Source of the DNA: an uncultured Fibrobacteraceae bacterium
GTDB lineage: Bacteria > Krumholzibacteriota > Krumholzibacteriia > LZORAL124-64-63
NCBI GenBank assembly: GCA_964436825.1
Contig: CAYTEO010000003.1
Location: forward strand, 64,679-128,678
Length of the DNA stretch: 64,000 nt
Direction: 5' to 3'
A program made the position numbers and the translations under genes. Numbering within the stretch: position 1 is the stretch's first letter; the number at the start of each line of letters is the position of its first letter. Below the pieces are notes generated by a model, which was given only the letters and a program-made list of their open reading frames with translations, made no database searches and was not told the origin of the DNA. This document shows positions 34,191 through 42,443 of the stretch, in pieces.

Positions 34191-35186
34191 ATGACCAACG
34201 ACACCAGCGGACACGGGCTTCCCCGGCTGATCGGCGAGGGTGAACTGGAGCTGGCCACCTCTCCCCACCTCCACTGCGGCTGGAGCACGGCCCGGATCAT
34301 GTGGACGGTCAACGTCGCCCTGCTGCCCTGTCTCGCGGGAGCCGTCCGGATCTTCGGGCCGGGCGTGTTGACCACCGTGGCCGGGGCCGTGGGCGGCGCC
34401 GTCGCCACCGAATGGCTGCTCCAGCGCGTCAACCGCAAGCCCACCACCATCCACGACGGCAGCGCCTTCCTGACCGGGTTGCTGCTGGGCCTGGTCCTCC
34501 CGCCCGGCTTCTCCCCCCTGCACGCCGCCCTGGGCGGGGTGGTGGGCATCGGCATCGGCAAGGCGGTGTTCGGCGGGCTCGGCTGCAACGTCTTCAACCC
34601 GGCCCTGGTGGGACGCGCCTTCCTGCAGGCCGGCTTCCCCGCCGCCATGACGGACTGGTCCACGGCGGTGGCGCAGGTGGACGCGGTCAGCCGGGCCACC
34701 CCGCTGGGGCTGTTCAAGTTCGGCGACCCGACCCAGTTCCCCGCCGACGCCGCCGTGCACAAGCTCCTGCTGGGCAACGTGGGCGGCTGCATCGGCGAGA
34801 CCAGCGCGGTGGCCATCGTCCTGGGCGGGATCCTGCTGCTGGCCACCCGCGTGGCCCACTGGCAGGCCATGGTCTCGATGCTGCTGGGGGGTGTGGTGTT
34901 CGGAGGCGCCTTCCACCTGGCGGGCCTCGGCCCCGACCCGCTGTTCCAGGTCCTCTCGGGCGGCTTCCTCTTCGGCGCGGTCTTCATGGCCACCGATTAC
35001 GTCACCAGCCCGGCCACGCCCGCAGGAAGGTGGATCTTCGGGCTCGGCATCGCCCTGCTGACCATCCTGATCCGGCTGTTCGGCGGCCTGCCGGAGGGCG
35101 TCATGTACTCGATCCTGCTGATGAACGCGACGGTCCCCCTGATCGACCGCTGGGTCCGTCCCACGCTCCATGGAGCACGGCCATGA
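34191..35186 (+). CDS. rnfD: Rnf complex subunit D
   Basis: SPHLH, FGGLGCNVFNPA, flavinylation site VSRATPL, GCIGETS, FMATDYVTSP. Confidence 0.96.
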   Translation: MTNDTSGHGLPRLIGEGELELATSPHLHCGWSTARIMWTVNVALLPCLAGAVRIFGPGVLTTVAGAVGGAVATEWLLQRVNRKPTTIHDGSAFLTGLLLGLVLPPGFSPLHAALGGVVGIGIGKAVFGGLGCNVFNPALVGRAFLQAGFPAAMTDWSTAVAQVDAVSRATPLGLFKFGDPTQFPADAAVHKLLLGNVGGCIGETSAVAIVLGGILLLATRVAHWQAMVSMLLGGVVFGGAFHLAGLGPDPLFQVLSGGFLFGAVFMATDYVTSPATPAGRWIFGLGIALLTILIRLFGGLPEGVMYSILLMNATVPLIDRWVRPTLHGARP

Positions 35187-35842
35187 AAACGACGCTGCAC
35201 ATGCTGGCCACGCTGGTCGTGGTGGGAATGGTCTCCGGCGGCGCGTTGTCGCTGGTGAACGACTGGGCCGTCCCCCTGATCGAGGCGAACCAGGCCAGGG
35301 TCCGCAACGCCGCCATCGCCTTCCTGGTACCCGGCGGCACGCCCGAGCTGGTCGTCGACCAGGACGGTCTGACCGCCTGGCGGGTCGTCGCCGGTGACGA
35401 GCTGAAAGGCTGGGTGGTGCGCAGCCGGGGCACCGGCTTCCAGGACAGGATCGACCTGATGTTCGCCCTGGACCCGCAGCGCAGGGAGATCCTGGGCCTG
35501 AAGGTGATCGACGACGCGGAGACGCCGGGCCTGGGCACCTGGATCCGGCTGCGGCCGGAACTCGAGGCGGCCCTGGCCGCGCGGGCGGACCGCAACCTCG
35601 GCCCGGCGGCAGAGGATCCCAAGAACTTCCCGCTGCAGTTCTTCGGGTGGGGCGACGGCCGCCACCTCTCCGCCGCCGGGGACCTGAAGGTGGTCAAGGG
35701 CAGGCGACGCGGCGAGCTGGGTCCCACCGAGGTGCAGGCCATCACCGCGGCCACCATCAGCTCGCGGGCCGTCGTCGACATCGTCAACGGCGCCGTGTCC
35801 AGGCTGGACGCCATCCTCGCGGCAAAGGGAGAAACGTCGTGA
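35183..35842 (+). CDS. rnfG: Rnf complex subunit G (FMN-binding)
   Basis: N-terminal TM anchor, G.GFQD.I, ETPGLG, AITAATISS.AV. ATG 35183 overlaps the rnfD stop. Confidence 0.92.
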   Translation: MKTTLHMLATLVVVGMVSGGALSLVNDWAVPLIEANQARVRNAAIAFLVPGGTPELVVDQDGLTAWRVVAGDELKGWVVRSRGTGFQDRIDLMFALDPQRREILGLKVIDDAETPGLGTWIRLRPELEAALAARADRNLGPAAEDPKNFPLQFFGWGDGRHLSAAGDLKVVKGRRRGELGPTEVQAITAATISSRAVVDIVNGAVSRLDAILAAKGETS

Positions 35843-36492
35843 GCAAGCAGGAGAGCATCCGCAGCGAGTTCGTCAAGGGGCTCTGGGACCAGAACCCGGT
35901 CCTGCGCCAGCTCCTCGGTCTCTGCCCCACGCTGGCCGTGACCACGTCCGCCCCCAACGGCATGGGGATGGGCCTGGCCACCACGTTCGTGCTGGTCTGC
36001 GCCAGCCTGCTCATCTCGCTGGTGCGCAAGCTCATTCCCAACCAGGTGCGCATCGCCAGCTTCATCGTGGTGATCGCGACCTTCGTGACCATCGTCGATC
36101 TGGTGATGAAGGCCCGGTTCCCGGCCATGTCCAAGAGCCTGGGGGCGTTCATCCCGCTCATCGTCGTGAACTGCGTGATCCTGGGCCGGCAGGAGGCGTT
36201 CGCCTCCAAGCACGGTCCGTTCCGTTCGGTCGTCGACGCCCTCGGCATGGGACTGGGTTTCACGGCCTCCCTGACCGTCCTCGGCAGCGTGCGCGAGCTG
36301 CTGGGCAACGGCACGGTCTTCGGGGCCGCGCTCATGCCGGCGTCCTTCGAGCCCTGGATCGTGATGATCCTGCCCGCGGGCGCCTTCCTGACCCTGGGAT
36401 TGATCCTGGGCGTGGTCAACACCATCACCCTCAGGCGCGAACAGGCGGAGCTGGCGGCCCGCCGCGCCGCTCCGCTGCGGGAGGAGGCGTGA
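35839..36492 (+). CDS. rnfE: Rnf complex subunit E
   Basis: GLWDQNP..RQLLGLCPTLAVT, FIPLIVVNCVILGR.EAFA, GSVRELLG.G, LPAGAF. GTG overlaps the rnfG stop. Confidence 0.96.
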   Translation: MSKQESIRSEFVKGLWDQNPVLRQLLGLCPTLAVTTSAPNGMGMGLATTFVLVCASLLISLVRKLIPNQVRIASFIVVIATFVTIVDLVMKARFPAMSKSLGAFIPLIVVNCVILGRQEAFASKHGPFRSVVDALGMGLGFTASLTVLGSVRELLGNGTVFGAALMPASFEPWIVMILPAGAFLTLGLILGVVNTITLRREQAELAARRAAPLREEA

Positions 36493-36494
36493 CC

Positions 36495-37070
36495 ATGGAG
36501 CTCATCGGCATCTTCATCACCGCCGCCCTGATCAACAACTTCGTGCTGAGCCAGTTCCTGGGCATCTGTCCCTTCGTCGGCGTCTCCGGCAAGCTCAGCT
36601 CGGCCACCAGCATGGGCATGGCCACCACCTTCGTGATGGCCATGGCCGCCATGGTGACCTACCTGATCCAGCACCACATCCTGGAGCCCCTGGGCCTCGG
36701 CTACCTGCAGACCGTGGCCTTCATCCTGGTGATCGCCTCCCTGGTGCAGTTCGTGGAGATGGTCATCAAGAAGGTGAGCAAGCCCCTGTACCGCGCCCTG
36801 GGCATCTTCCTGCCCCTGATCACCACCAACTGCGCCATCATGGGCCTGTGCCTCTTCTCGGTGATGAAGGGCTACTCCTTCGCCCAGGCCCTGGTCTTCG
36901 CCCTGGGGGCGGGCTCCGGCTTCACGCTCGCGCTCGTCCTGATGGCCGGCATCCGCGAGGAGCTGGAGCTGGCCGACGTACCCGCCGCCCTGCGGGGTGC
37001 GGGCATCACGATGATCGTCGCCGGGATCCTGGCCCTCGGGTTCATGGGGTTCGCCGGCATGAAGTTCTGA
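36495..37070 (+). CDS. rnfA: Rnf complex subunit A
   Basis: LINNFVLSQFLGICPF, LGIFLPLITTNCA, AGIREEL. ATG 36495 is 7 nt after SD GAGGAGG. Confidence 0.96.
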   Translation: MELIGIFITAALINNFVLSQFLGICPFVGVSGKLSSATSMGMATTFVMAMAAMVTYLIQHHILEPLGLGYLQTVAFILVIASLVQFVEMVIKKVSKPLYRALGIFLPLITTNCAIMGLCLFSVMKGYSFAQALVFALGAGSGFTLALVLMAGIREELELADVPAALRGAGITMIVAGILALGFMGFAGMKF

Positions 37071-37119
37071 CACGCCGGCCCCGGCCTGGCGCGCAGGGAA
37101 GAGCAAAGGAGAACAAGCG

Positions 37120-37851
37120 ATGATCGACCGGCGATCCTTCCTCAAGACGGTGCTGCTCGGCGGCGTGGCCTTCGGGACCGGCCTGGCACTGGGCCGCGTC
37201 GGAGCGCACCACGCCGGCCCCCGCCTGCTGCTGCACGGGTTCGTGCCGGCCGACGAGAACCTGGTACGGGAGACGCTGCGGGCCTTCCTGGGCCTGGACG
37301 ACGGCCGTCTGCCCGTGCCCGTCGTGGATGCGCCCGACGGCTGGCGGCCGCAGCTGGCGCGCATGCTGCGCGACGCCGCGCCCCGCTACACGCACGACCA
37401 CCGCCGCCTGCTGGCGATCCGGGTCTCGCCGCTGGACCACCCGCTGCCCGCGGACCTCCTGCTGCAGATGGACGGTCGCGTGCTCGATCCGGACCGGGCC
37501 CCCGCCCGGCGGCTGGTGGCCCTGCGCGAGCGGTTGCTGGGACGGCGGGCCGCCGTCGCGGTCAGCTGCCGCCTGGAGGACCGCCCCGACCCGCTGGCCG
37601 GCGGGCGCGTGCTGGTCATCGAGACGGAGAACGGACTGCAGGACCGCATCCCCCTCGACGGGCGGCGGCGTCTCCTGGAGCTGCGCGGTCCCGCGGGGCT
37701 GACCCGGGTGGAAACCACCGCGGACGGCGCCCGCGTGGCCGGGTCCTGCTGCCGTCACGCCACCTGCCGCCTGCAGGGCGACGTATCGCTGCCCGGCGAG
37801 CTGATCGCCTGCGCGCCGAACCGCCTCGTCCTGCACGTGGAGACGGCCTAG
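37120..37851 (+). CDS. Tat-signal protein with C-terminal NusG domain II-like domain
   Basis: MIDRRSFLK twin-arginine signal; C-terminus ARVAGSCCRHATCRLQGDVSLPGELIACAPNRLVLHV fits the NusG_II pattern. Confidence 0.75.
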   Translation: MIDRRSFLKTVLLGGVAFGTGLALGRVGAHHAGPRLLLHGFVPADENLVRETLRAFLGLDDGRLPVPVVDAPDGWRPQLARMLRDAAPRYTHDHRRLLAIRVSPLDHPLPADLLLQMDGRVLDPDRAPARRLVALRERLLGRRAAVAVSCRLEDRPDPLAGGRVLVIETENGLQDRIPLDGRRRLLELRGPAGLTRVETTADGARVAGSCCRHATCRLQGDVSLPGELIACAPNRLVLHVETA

Positions 37852-37858
37852 GAACGCC

Positions 37859-38875
37859 ATGGAACGGACAGGCCAGGACAACGGCAAACGTCGCCACCGG
37901 TCGCGGTCCGGGCTGCCGGTGGCGCTGGTCTGCCTGCTGGCCGGGTACCTCCTGGCCAGCCGCCCGGCACCCCCCGGTGAACCGGAACTGCTGCGCCTGA
38001 CGCGTCCGGCCATGGGCACGCTCGTGGAGATCGTGGTGCCCGCCCCGCGCGACGAGGCCCGTCGCTCCCGCGTGCTGGAGGCCATGCGGGACGGCCTGGC
38101 CGAGATCGCGCGCCTGGACTCCCTGTTCTCCACGCGACTGCCCCCGCCGGTGCAGACCCCGCCCGCGGAGCGCGCCAGGGAACGGTCGGACCTGCTGGAG
38201 CTCGGCCTGGCGGTGATGCGCGAGAGCGGAGGGGCCTTCGACCCGCGCCTGCGCCCCCTGATCGATCTGTGGGGATTCGACGGGGATGCGCCCGCCGTAC
38301 CCGATCCCGACACCCTGCGGGCGGCCGTGGCCCGGCTGCAGGCACTCGGGGCCCCGCGCAGCGTGGGGGACCTGGCGGCCGCGGCCGACCTGCTCCACTT
38401 CGGCGCCTGGGCCAAGGGCTACGCCGTGGACAGGGCGACAGCCGTCCTCCGGAGCCGCGGCGTGACCGCCGCCCTGGTCAACGCCGGCGGCGAGATCCGC
38501 TGCTACGGCCGCGACTGGACCGTGGGCGTGCAGCACCCGCGCCTGCCCGGCGCCCTCGTGGCTTCGCTGCACCCGGGCACCGCCGCCGTGGCCACCAGCG
38601 GCGACTACGAGCGGTTCTTCGCGCAGGACGGCATCCGTTACCACCACCTGCTCGACCCGCGCACGGGCATGCCCGCTCGCGGCTGCCGGAGCGTCACCGT
38701 GCTGGCCGGCTCCTGCGCGCGCGCCGACGCCCTGGCCACGGCCGTGTTCGTGCTGGGACCGCGGGAAGGCCTGGCGCTCGTGGAACGCCTGCCGGGCGTC
38801 GAGTGCCTGATCGTCGACACCGCCGGGAACCGCCGCGACAGTTCCGGAATGGCTGCGTACCTGACCGCCGAATGA
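37859..38875 (+). CDS. apbE: FAD:protein FMN transferase
   Basis: AMGT, GAFDP, FGAWAKGYAVD, LVNAGGEI, W.VGVQHP, AVATSGDYER, YHHLLDPRTG, ADALATA. Confidence 0.95.
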   Translation: MERTGQDNGKRRHRSRSGLPVALVCLLAGYLLASRPAPPGEPELLRLTRPAMGTLVEIVVPAPRDEARRSRVLEAMRDGLAEIARLDSLFSTRLPPPVQTPPAERARERSDLLELGLAVMRESGGAFDPRLRPLIDLWGFDGDAPAVPDPDTLRAAVARLQALGAPRSVGDLAAAADLLHFGAWAKGYAVDRATAVLRSRGVTAALVNAGGEIRCYGRDWTVGVQHPRLPGALVASLHPGTAAVATSGDYERFFAQDGIRYHHLLDPRTGMPARGCRSVTVLAGSCARADALATAVFVLGPREGLALVERLPGVECLIVDTAGNRRDSSGMAAYLTAE

Positions 38876-38900
38876 CCGGACAACGAGGAAGGACGACATC

Positions 38901-39755
38901 ATGCTCGAGATCACGGCCCCGCTGATGACCATGGGAGGGCTGGGCGCCTTCTTCGCCGCGGCCCTCGCCGTGGCCGACAAGAAGCTGCGCGTCGAGGAGG
39001 ATCCCCGCATCGGCCTGGTGGCGGACTCCCTGCCGGGAGCCAACTGCGGCGCCTGCGGCTTCGCCGGCTGCAACGCCTACGCCGAGGCCGTCGTGACCGG
39101 AAACGCCCCGCTCACCGGCTGTCCCGTGGGCGGCCAGGCCACCATCGACGCCATCGCGTCGATCATGGGTGTGGAGGCCGGCACCGCCGTCAGGCGGATT
39201 GCGCGCTTGATGTGCCGCGGCGGCAACGGCGTCGCCAGGGAGAAGGCCCGCTATCTCGGCCCCTCCGGCTGCTCCGTGCAGGACATCGTCTCCGGTGGCG
39301 CGAAGGCCTGCCGCTGGGGCTGCCTGGGCGGGGGCGACTGCGTGGAGGCCTGCGGCTTCGGCGCCCTCGAGATGGGACCCGACGGCTTGCCGGTGGTCCA
39401 CGAGCAGCTGTGCACCGGCTGCGGCGCCTGTGTCGACGCCTGCCCGCGCGGCCTGTTCGAGCTGCATCCCGTCGATCGCCAGTTCTTCGTCTTCTGCAAG
39501 AACCACGACGATCCCAGGACCGCACGCGAGGTCTGCGAGGCGGCCTGCATCGGTTGCGGGTTGTGCGCCCGCAAGAGCAACGGCGCCATCACCATGGACG
39601 ACGGCCTGCCCGTCATCGACTACGACGCGCTGGATCCCGACATCGTCCCCGTCGAGAAGTGCAGGACGGGAGCCATCGGCTGGCTGCACCCTGAGTCGCG
39701 CGCCACGGTGGACGCGGCCGAGACGATGCCCGATCGTCATGGAGTCTGCGCCTGA
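38901..39755 (+). CDS. rnfB: Rnf complex subunit B
   Basis: N-terminal anchor, LPGANCGACGFAGC, CPVGG, CRWGCLGGGDCVEAC, CTGCGACVDACP. Confidence 0.94.
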   Translation: MLEITAPLMTMGGLGAFFAAALAVADKKLRVEEDPRIGLVADSLPGANCGACGFAGCNAYAEAVVTGNAPLTGCPVGGQATIDAIASIMGVEAGTAVRRIARLMCRGGNGVAREKARYLGPSGCSVQDIVSGGAKACRWGCLGGGDCVEACGFGALEMGPDGLPVVHEQLCTGCGACVDACPRGLFELHPVDRQFFVFCKNHDDPRTAREVCEAACIGCGLCARKSNGAITMDDGLPVIDYDALDPDIVPVEKCRTGAIGWLHPESRATVDAAETMPDRHGVCA

Positions 39756-39831
39756 TCCTGGGAACCGCTGGCCGGGGGGCTCGCTGCGCGAGGCACGGGG
39801 CAAGCCGCCCCCGCTCGACCGGGAGGTGACC

Positions 39832-40329
39832 ATGAAGCCCGAGCGACAAGGGGAGATCCTGCAGGAGGAAGGGATCGTCCTGTCCGTCACACCGGCCACG
39901 GCCGGCGGTCCCGCGACCGCGCGGATCATGCTGCAGGCAGGCGACCACTGCGACGGTTGTCCCGCCTGTGCCGTCTGCCGGCCGGGACAGCAGGGAGGCC
40001 GCCTCCTGGAGGTCGTCGACCCCGTGGGCGTGGGCGTGGGAGACCGGGTGCGCGTGACCATCCGCGGTACCGAGATCCTCAGGGCGTCGCTGCTGCTCTA
40101 CGGACTGCCCCTGCTGCTGCTTGTGCTGGGCGTGGGGGCGGGCCAGCGTCTCTGGTCCGCGGCACACGCGCTGCGCGACCTCTGGTCGTTCCTGCTGGGC
40201 GTCGGCCTCGCCGGCGCCGCCCTGCCGCTGGTCCGATACCTGTCCCGGCGCGACGGTGCGGTCGGACGGGAGCTGATGCAGCCGGTGATCACGCACGTGG
40301 TCTCGCGCGGCACCGGCGGTCGGACCTGA
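39832..40329 (+). CDS. rseC: RseC/MucC-family (SoxR-reducing system) membrane protein
   Basis: EEGIV, CDGCPACAVC, VGDRVRV, SLLLYGLPLLLLVLG, two TM helices. ATG 39832 has SD GGAGG. Confidence 0.82.
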   Translation: MKPERQGEILQEEGIVLSVTPATAGGPATARIMLQAGDHCDGCPACAVCRPGQQGGRLLEVVDPVGVGVGDRVRVTIRGTEILRASLLLYGLPLLLLVLGVGAGQRLWSAAHALRDLWSFLLGVGLAGAALPLVRYLSRRDGAVGRELMQPVITHVVSRGTGGRT

Positions 40330-40415
40330 CGGCTGCCGGACCGTGTCGTCACGGCTGCACTCCCGCCTGCGGGTCCCTTCTGCCCCTGCCGCCCGGGCCG
40401 TTCACGGCCGCCGGG

Positions 40416-40443
40416 TTGACATCCCCGTGCATGATCTTAGCTT
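40416..40443 (+). promoter_or_regulatory. sigma70-type promoter for nfuA-like gene
   Basis: TTGACA-N16-TAGCTT. Confidence 0.5.
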
Positions 40444-40473
40444 CTGCTGGTACACACAACCGGAGGAAACCGT

Positions 40474-40698
40474 ATGGATCTGGAGCAGAAGATTCGCGAG
40501 GTCCTTGAGAGCGTCCGCCCCGCCCTGCAGGCCGACGGCGGGGACGTCGAGTTCATCGACTACAACGACGGGATCGTCACCGTCCGGCTCAAGGGGGCCT
40601 GCGGGAGCTGCCCCATGTCGACGATGACGCTCAAGAACGGGATCGAGGCGCGCCTGCGCCAGGAGATCCCGGAGATCCGCGCCGTCGAGCAGCTCTGA
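40474..40698 (+). CDS. NifU/NfuA C-terminal-domain Fe-S carrier protein
   Basis: VRPALQADGGDVE...VRLKGACGSCPMSTMTLKNGIE (CxxC). Confidence 0.95.
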   Translation: MDLEQKIREVLESVRPALQADGGDVEFIDYNDGIVTVRLKGACGSCPMSTMTLKNGIEARLRQEIPEIRAVEQL

Positions 40699-40699
40699 C

Positions 40700-42442
40700 T
40701 CACCCGGAGGTGCGGGTCCTCGTGCCCGCGCCTCCGGTCCCCCCTGCCGGTGCCGGCCCCCAGATCAACCACTCCCCCTCCCGTCGCGACGGCCAGTCCA
40801 GCTCCTGGAGCCACGCCTGCCACCAGGGGATGGTCCGTCCGGAGGCGGTCAGGGGCGGTGTGACGATCTCGCTGATCCCCAGTTCCCCCATCACACGTGG
40901 CAGCACCTCCGCCGCCGGCAGCGTATCGGCGCGAGCGCCCGCCAGCAGGCGGCGCAGACGGCGGGTCGGCGGGGGGACGCGGCCGCTGACTCCCCCGGTC
41001 ACGGGGCGACCGAGCTGCTCGGCCGCCAGCCACCAGGTCGCCTCGGCGACATCCTCGTGCTCCTCCGCGTCCACCGCCGGCAGCGACAGCAACGGCCTGG
41101 TCAGGTCCGGAGCCGGCGTGTCCCGGACCGGGAAGGCCGGTACCCGGACGGCCGGGATCCCCATGGGCACCCCCTCGAGAGCCAGCAGGAGGGCCAGCAG
41201 CGCGGCGGCGCCGCGCAACCGGGGACGCCGGGAGAGGGCCAGCCGTTCCCAGGCCACGGCCGCCCACCAGGCCAGCGCCACGCTCAGCGGCCAGGCGAAC
41301 CGGCAGACGGCCCGGTAGGCGCGCAGCGGCGGGACGTGGTGCCACAGCCAGCCCCAGGGCAGCGTCACCCGCGCCCCGCTCCCCGGCACGGCCGCCGAGT
41401 CGCCGAAGGCGAGGATCAGCCCGGCCACTCCCGCCACCAGCAACCCGTCTCCCAGACGGCGGTGCCGCACCGGCAGGTCGCGGCGCAGCGACAGCCCCGC
41501 CAGCGCCAGCGCCAGGACGAGCCAGCCCGGGTGCAGGACATGGCGCGTGGCGCCGCGGCTCCTGTCCGGGTCCCGCGCTCCCCTCCCGAGCCAGTCCGCC
41601 GGTCGTGCGCGATAGGGACCGGCGTCGAGCAGGTCCTTCAGGTCGGCGCTGTACCAGCGGACCTCGCGCAGGGAACGCGCGAACTGGTCGTTCCGCCGGG
41701 CGGCGGCGGTGTACGGTCTCGCCTGCCAGGCCACCAGGGAGACGGCCGCGGCGGCCACCAGCAGCAGGGCGACGCCACGCCGTCCGCGCAGCAGGGAGAG
41801 GAAGTCGCGGCCGGCGACGACCAGGACACCGGCCAGCAGCAGCGCCCCGTTGACCAGCCCGTACCAGCCCATGGCGGGCTGGAGGGCCCACAGCAGCAGA
41901 CCGGCGGCCAGCCAGCGGCGGCGCCGGCGACGGATCCCCAGTGCCGTGGCCGCCGCCGCCAGCAGGACCAGCGGCGGTGGCAGCTGGTTCAGGTGCCCGA
42001 GCTGGCTCGTCGTGTACGGGGCCGCCAGGACGGCCAGCCCCATCAGGCCGGCACCGGGCGATCGGCCGCCTGCCGCCCGCCAGAGCAGCCCGGCGGCACC
42101 GGCGGCCAGCAGCAGGGAGAACAGCAGGTCCAGGTCGTAGAGCAGCGCCGGCGGGGCCCCGGCCAGCAGCAGCGGGGTCACCAGGATCCCCTGTCCCAGC
42201 AGGGTGTCCATGGACCACAGGGCGTCGGTAGCCGGGAAGAAGACCGGGGCGATCCGCCAGACGTCCGGCGTCGTCCACCAGCGGGCCGTCCAGCCCAGCA
42301 GGCCCGTCTGGAAGACGGCGTCCACTCCCCCGTACGGTCCCGGCACCAGGTGCGACGGCTCCGGCCAGGCGCTGCGCAGCATCGCCGCCGCCAGGGCGAC
42401 GGCCAGCAGCCAGGGCCAGAAGGCGAGCGGGCGCACCCGCAT
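40700..42442 (-). CDS. Polytopic membrane protein, GT-C/YfhO-like glycosyltransferase candidate
   Basis: About 11 hydrophobic segments; early Asp (GGVDAVF), PVFFP, YSAD..D, RAVCRFAWP, P.TGGVSG. Fold assignment is by pattern only. Confidence 0.55.
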   Translation of the reverse strand: MRVRPLAFWPWLLAVALAAAMLRSAWPEPSHLVPGPYGGVDAVFQTGLLGWTARWWTTPDVWRIAPVFFPATDALWSMDTLLGQGILVTPLLLAGAPPALLYDLDLLFSLLLAAGAAGLLWRAAGGRSPGAGLMGLAVLAAPYTTSQLGHLNQLPPPLVLLAAAATALGIRRRRRRWLAAGLLLWALQPAMGWYGLVNGALLLAGVLVVAGRDFLSLLRGRRGVALLLVAAAAVSLVAWQARPYTAAARRNDQFARSLREVRWYSADLKDLLDAGPYRARPADWLGRGARDPDRSRGATRHVLHPGWLVLALALAGLSLRRDLPVRHRRLGDGLLVAGVAGLILAFGDSAAVPGSGARVTLPWGWLWHHVPPLRAYRAVCRFAWPLSVALAWWAAVAWERLALSRRPRLRGAAALLALLLALEGVPMGIPAVRVPAFPVRDTPAPDLTRPLLSLPAVDAEEHEDVAEATWWLAAEQLGRPVTGGVSGRVPPPTRRLRRLLAGARADTLPAAEVLPRVMGELGISEIVTPPLTASGRTIPWWQAWLQELDWPSRREGEWLIWGPAPAGGTGGAGTRTRTSG

Positions 42443-42443
42443 C

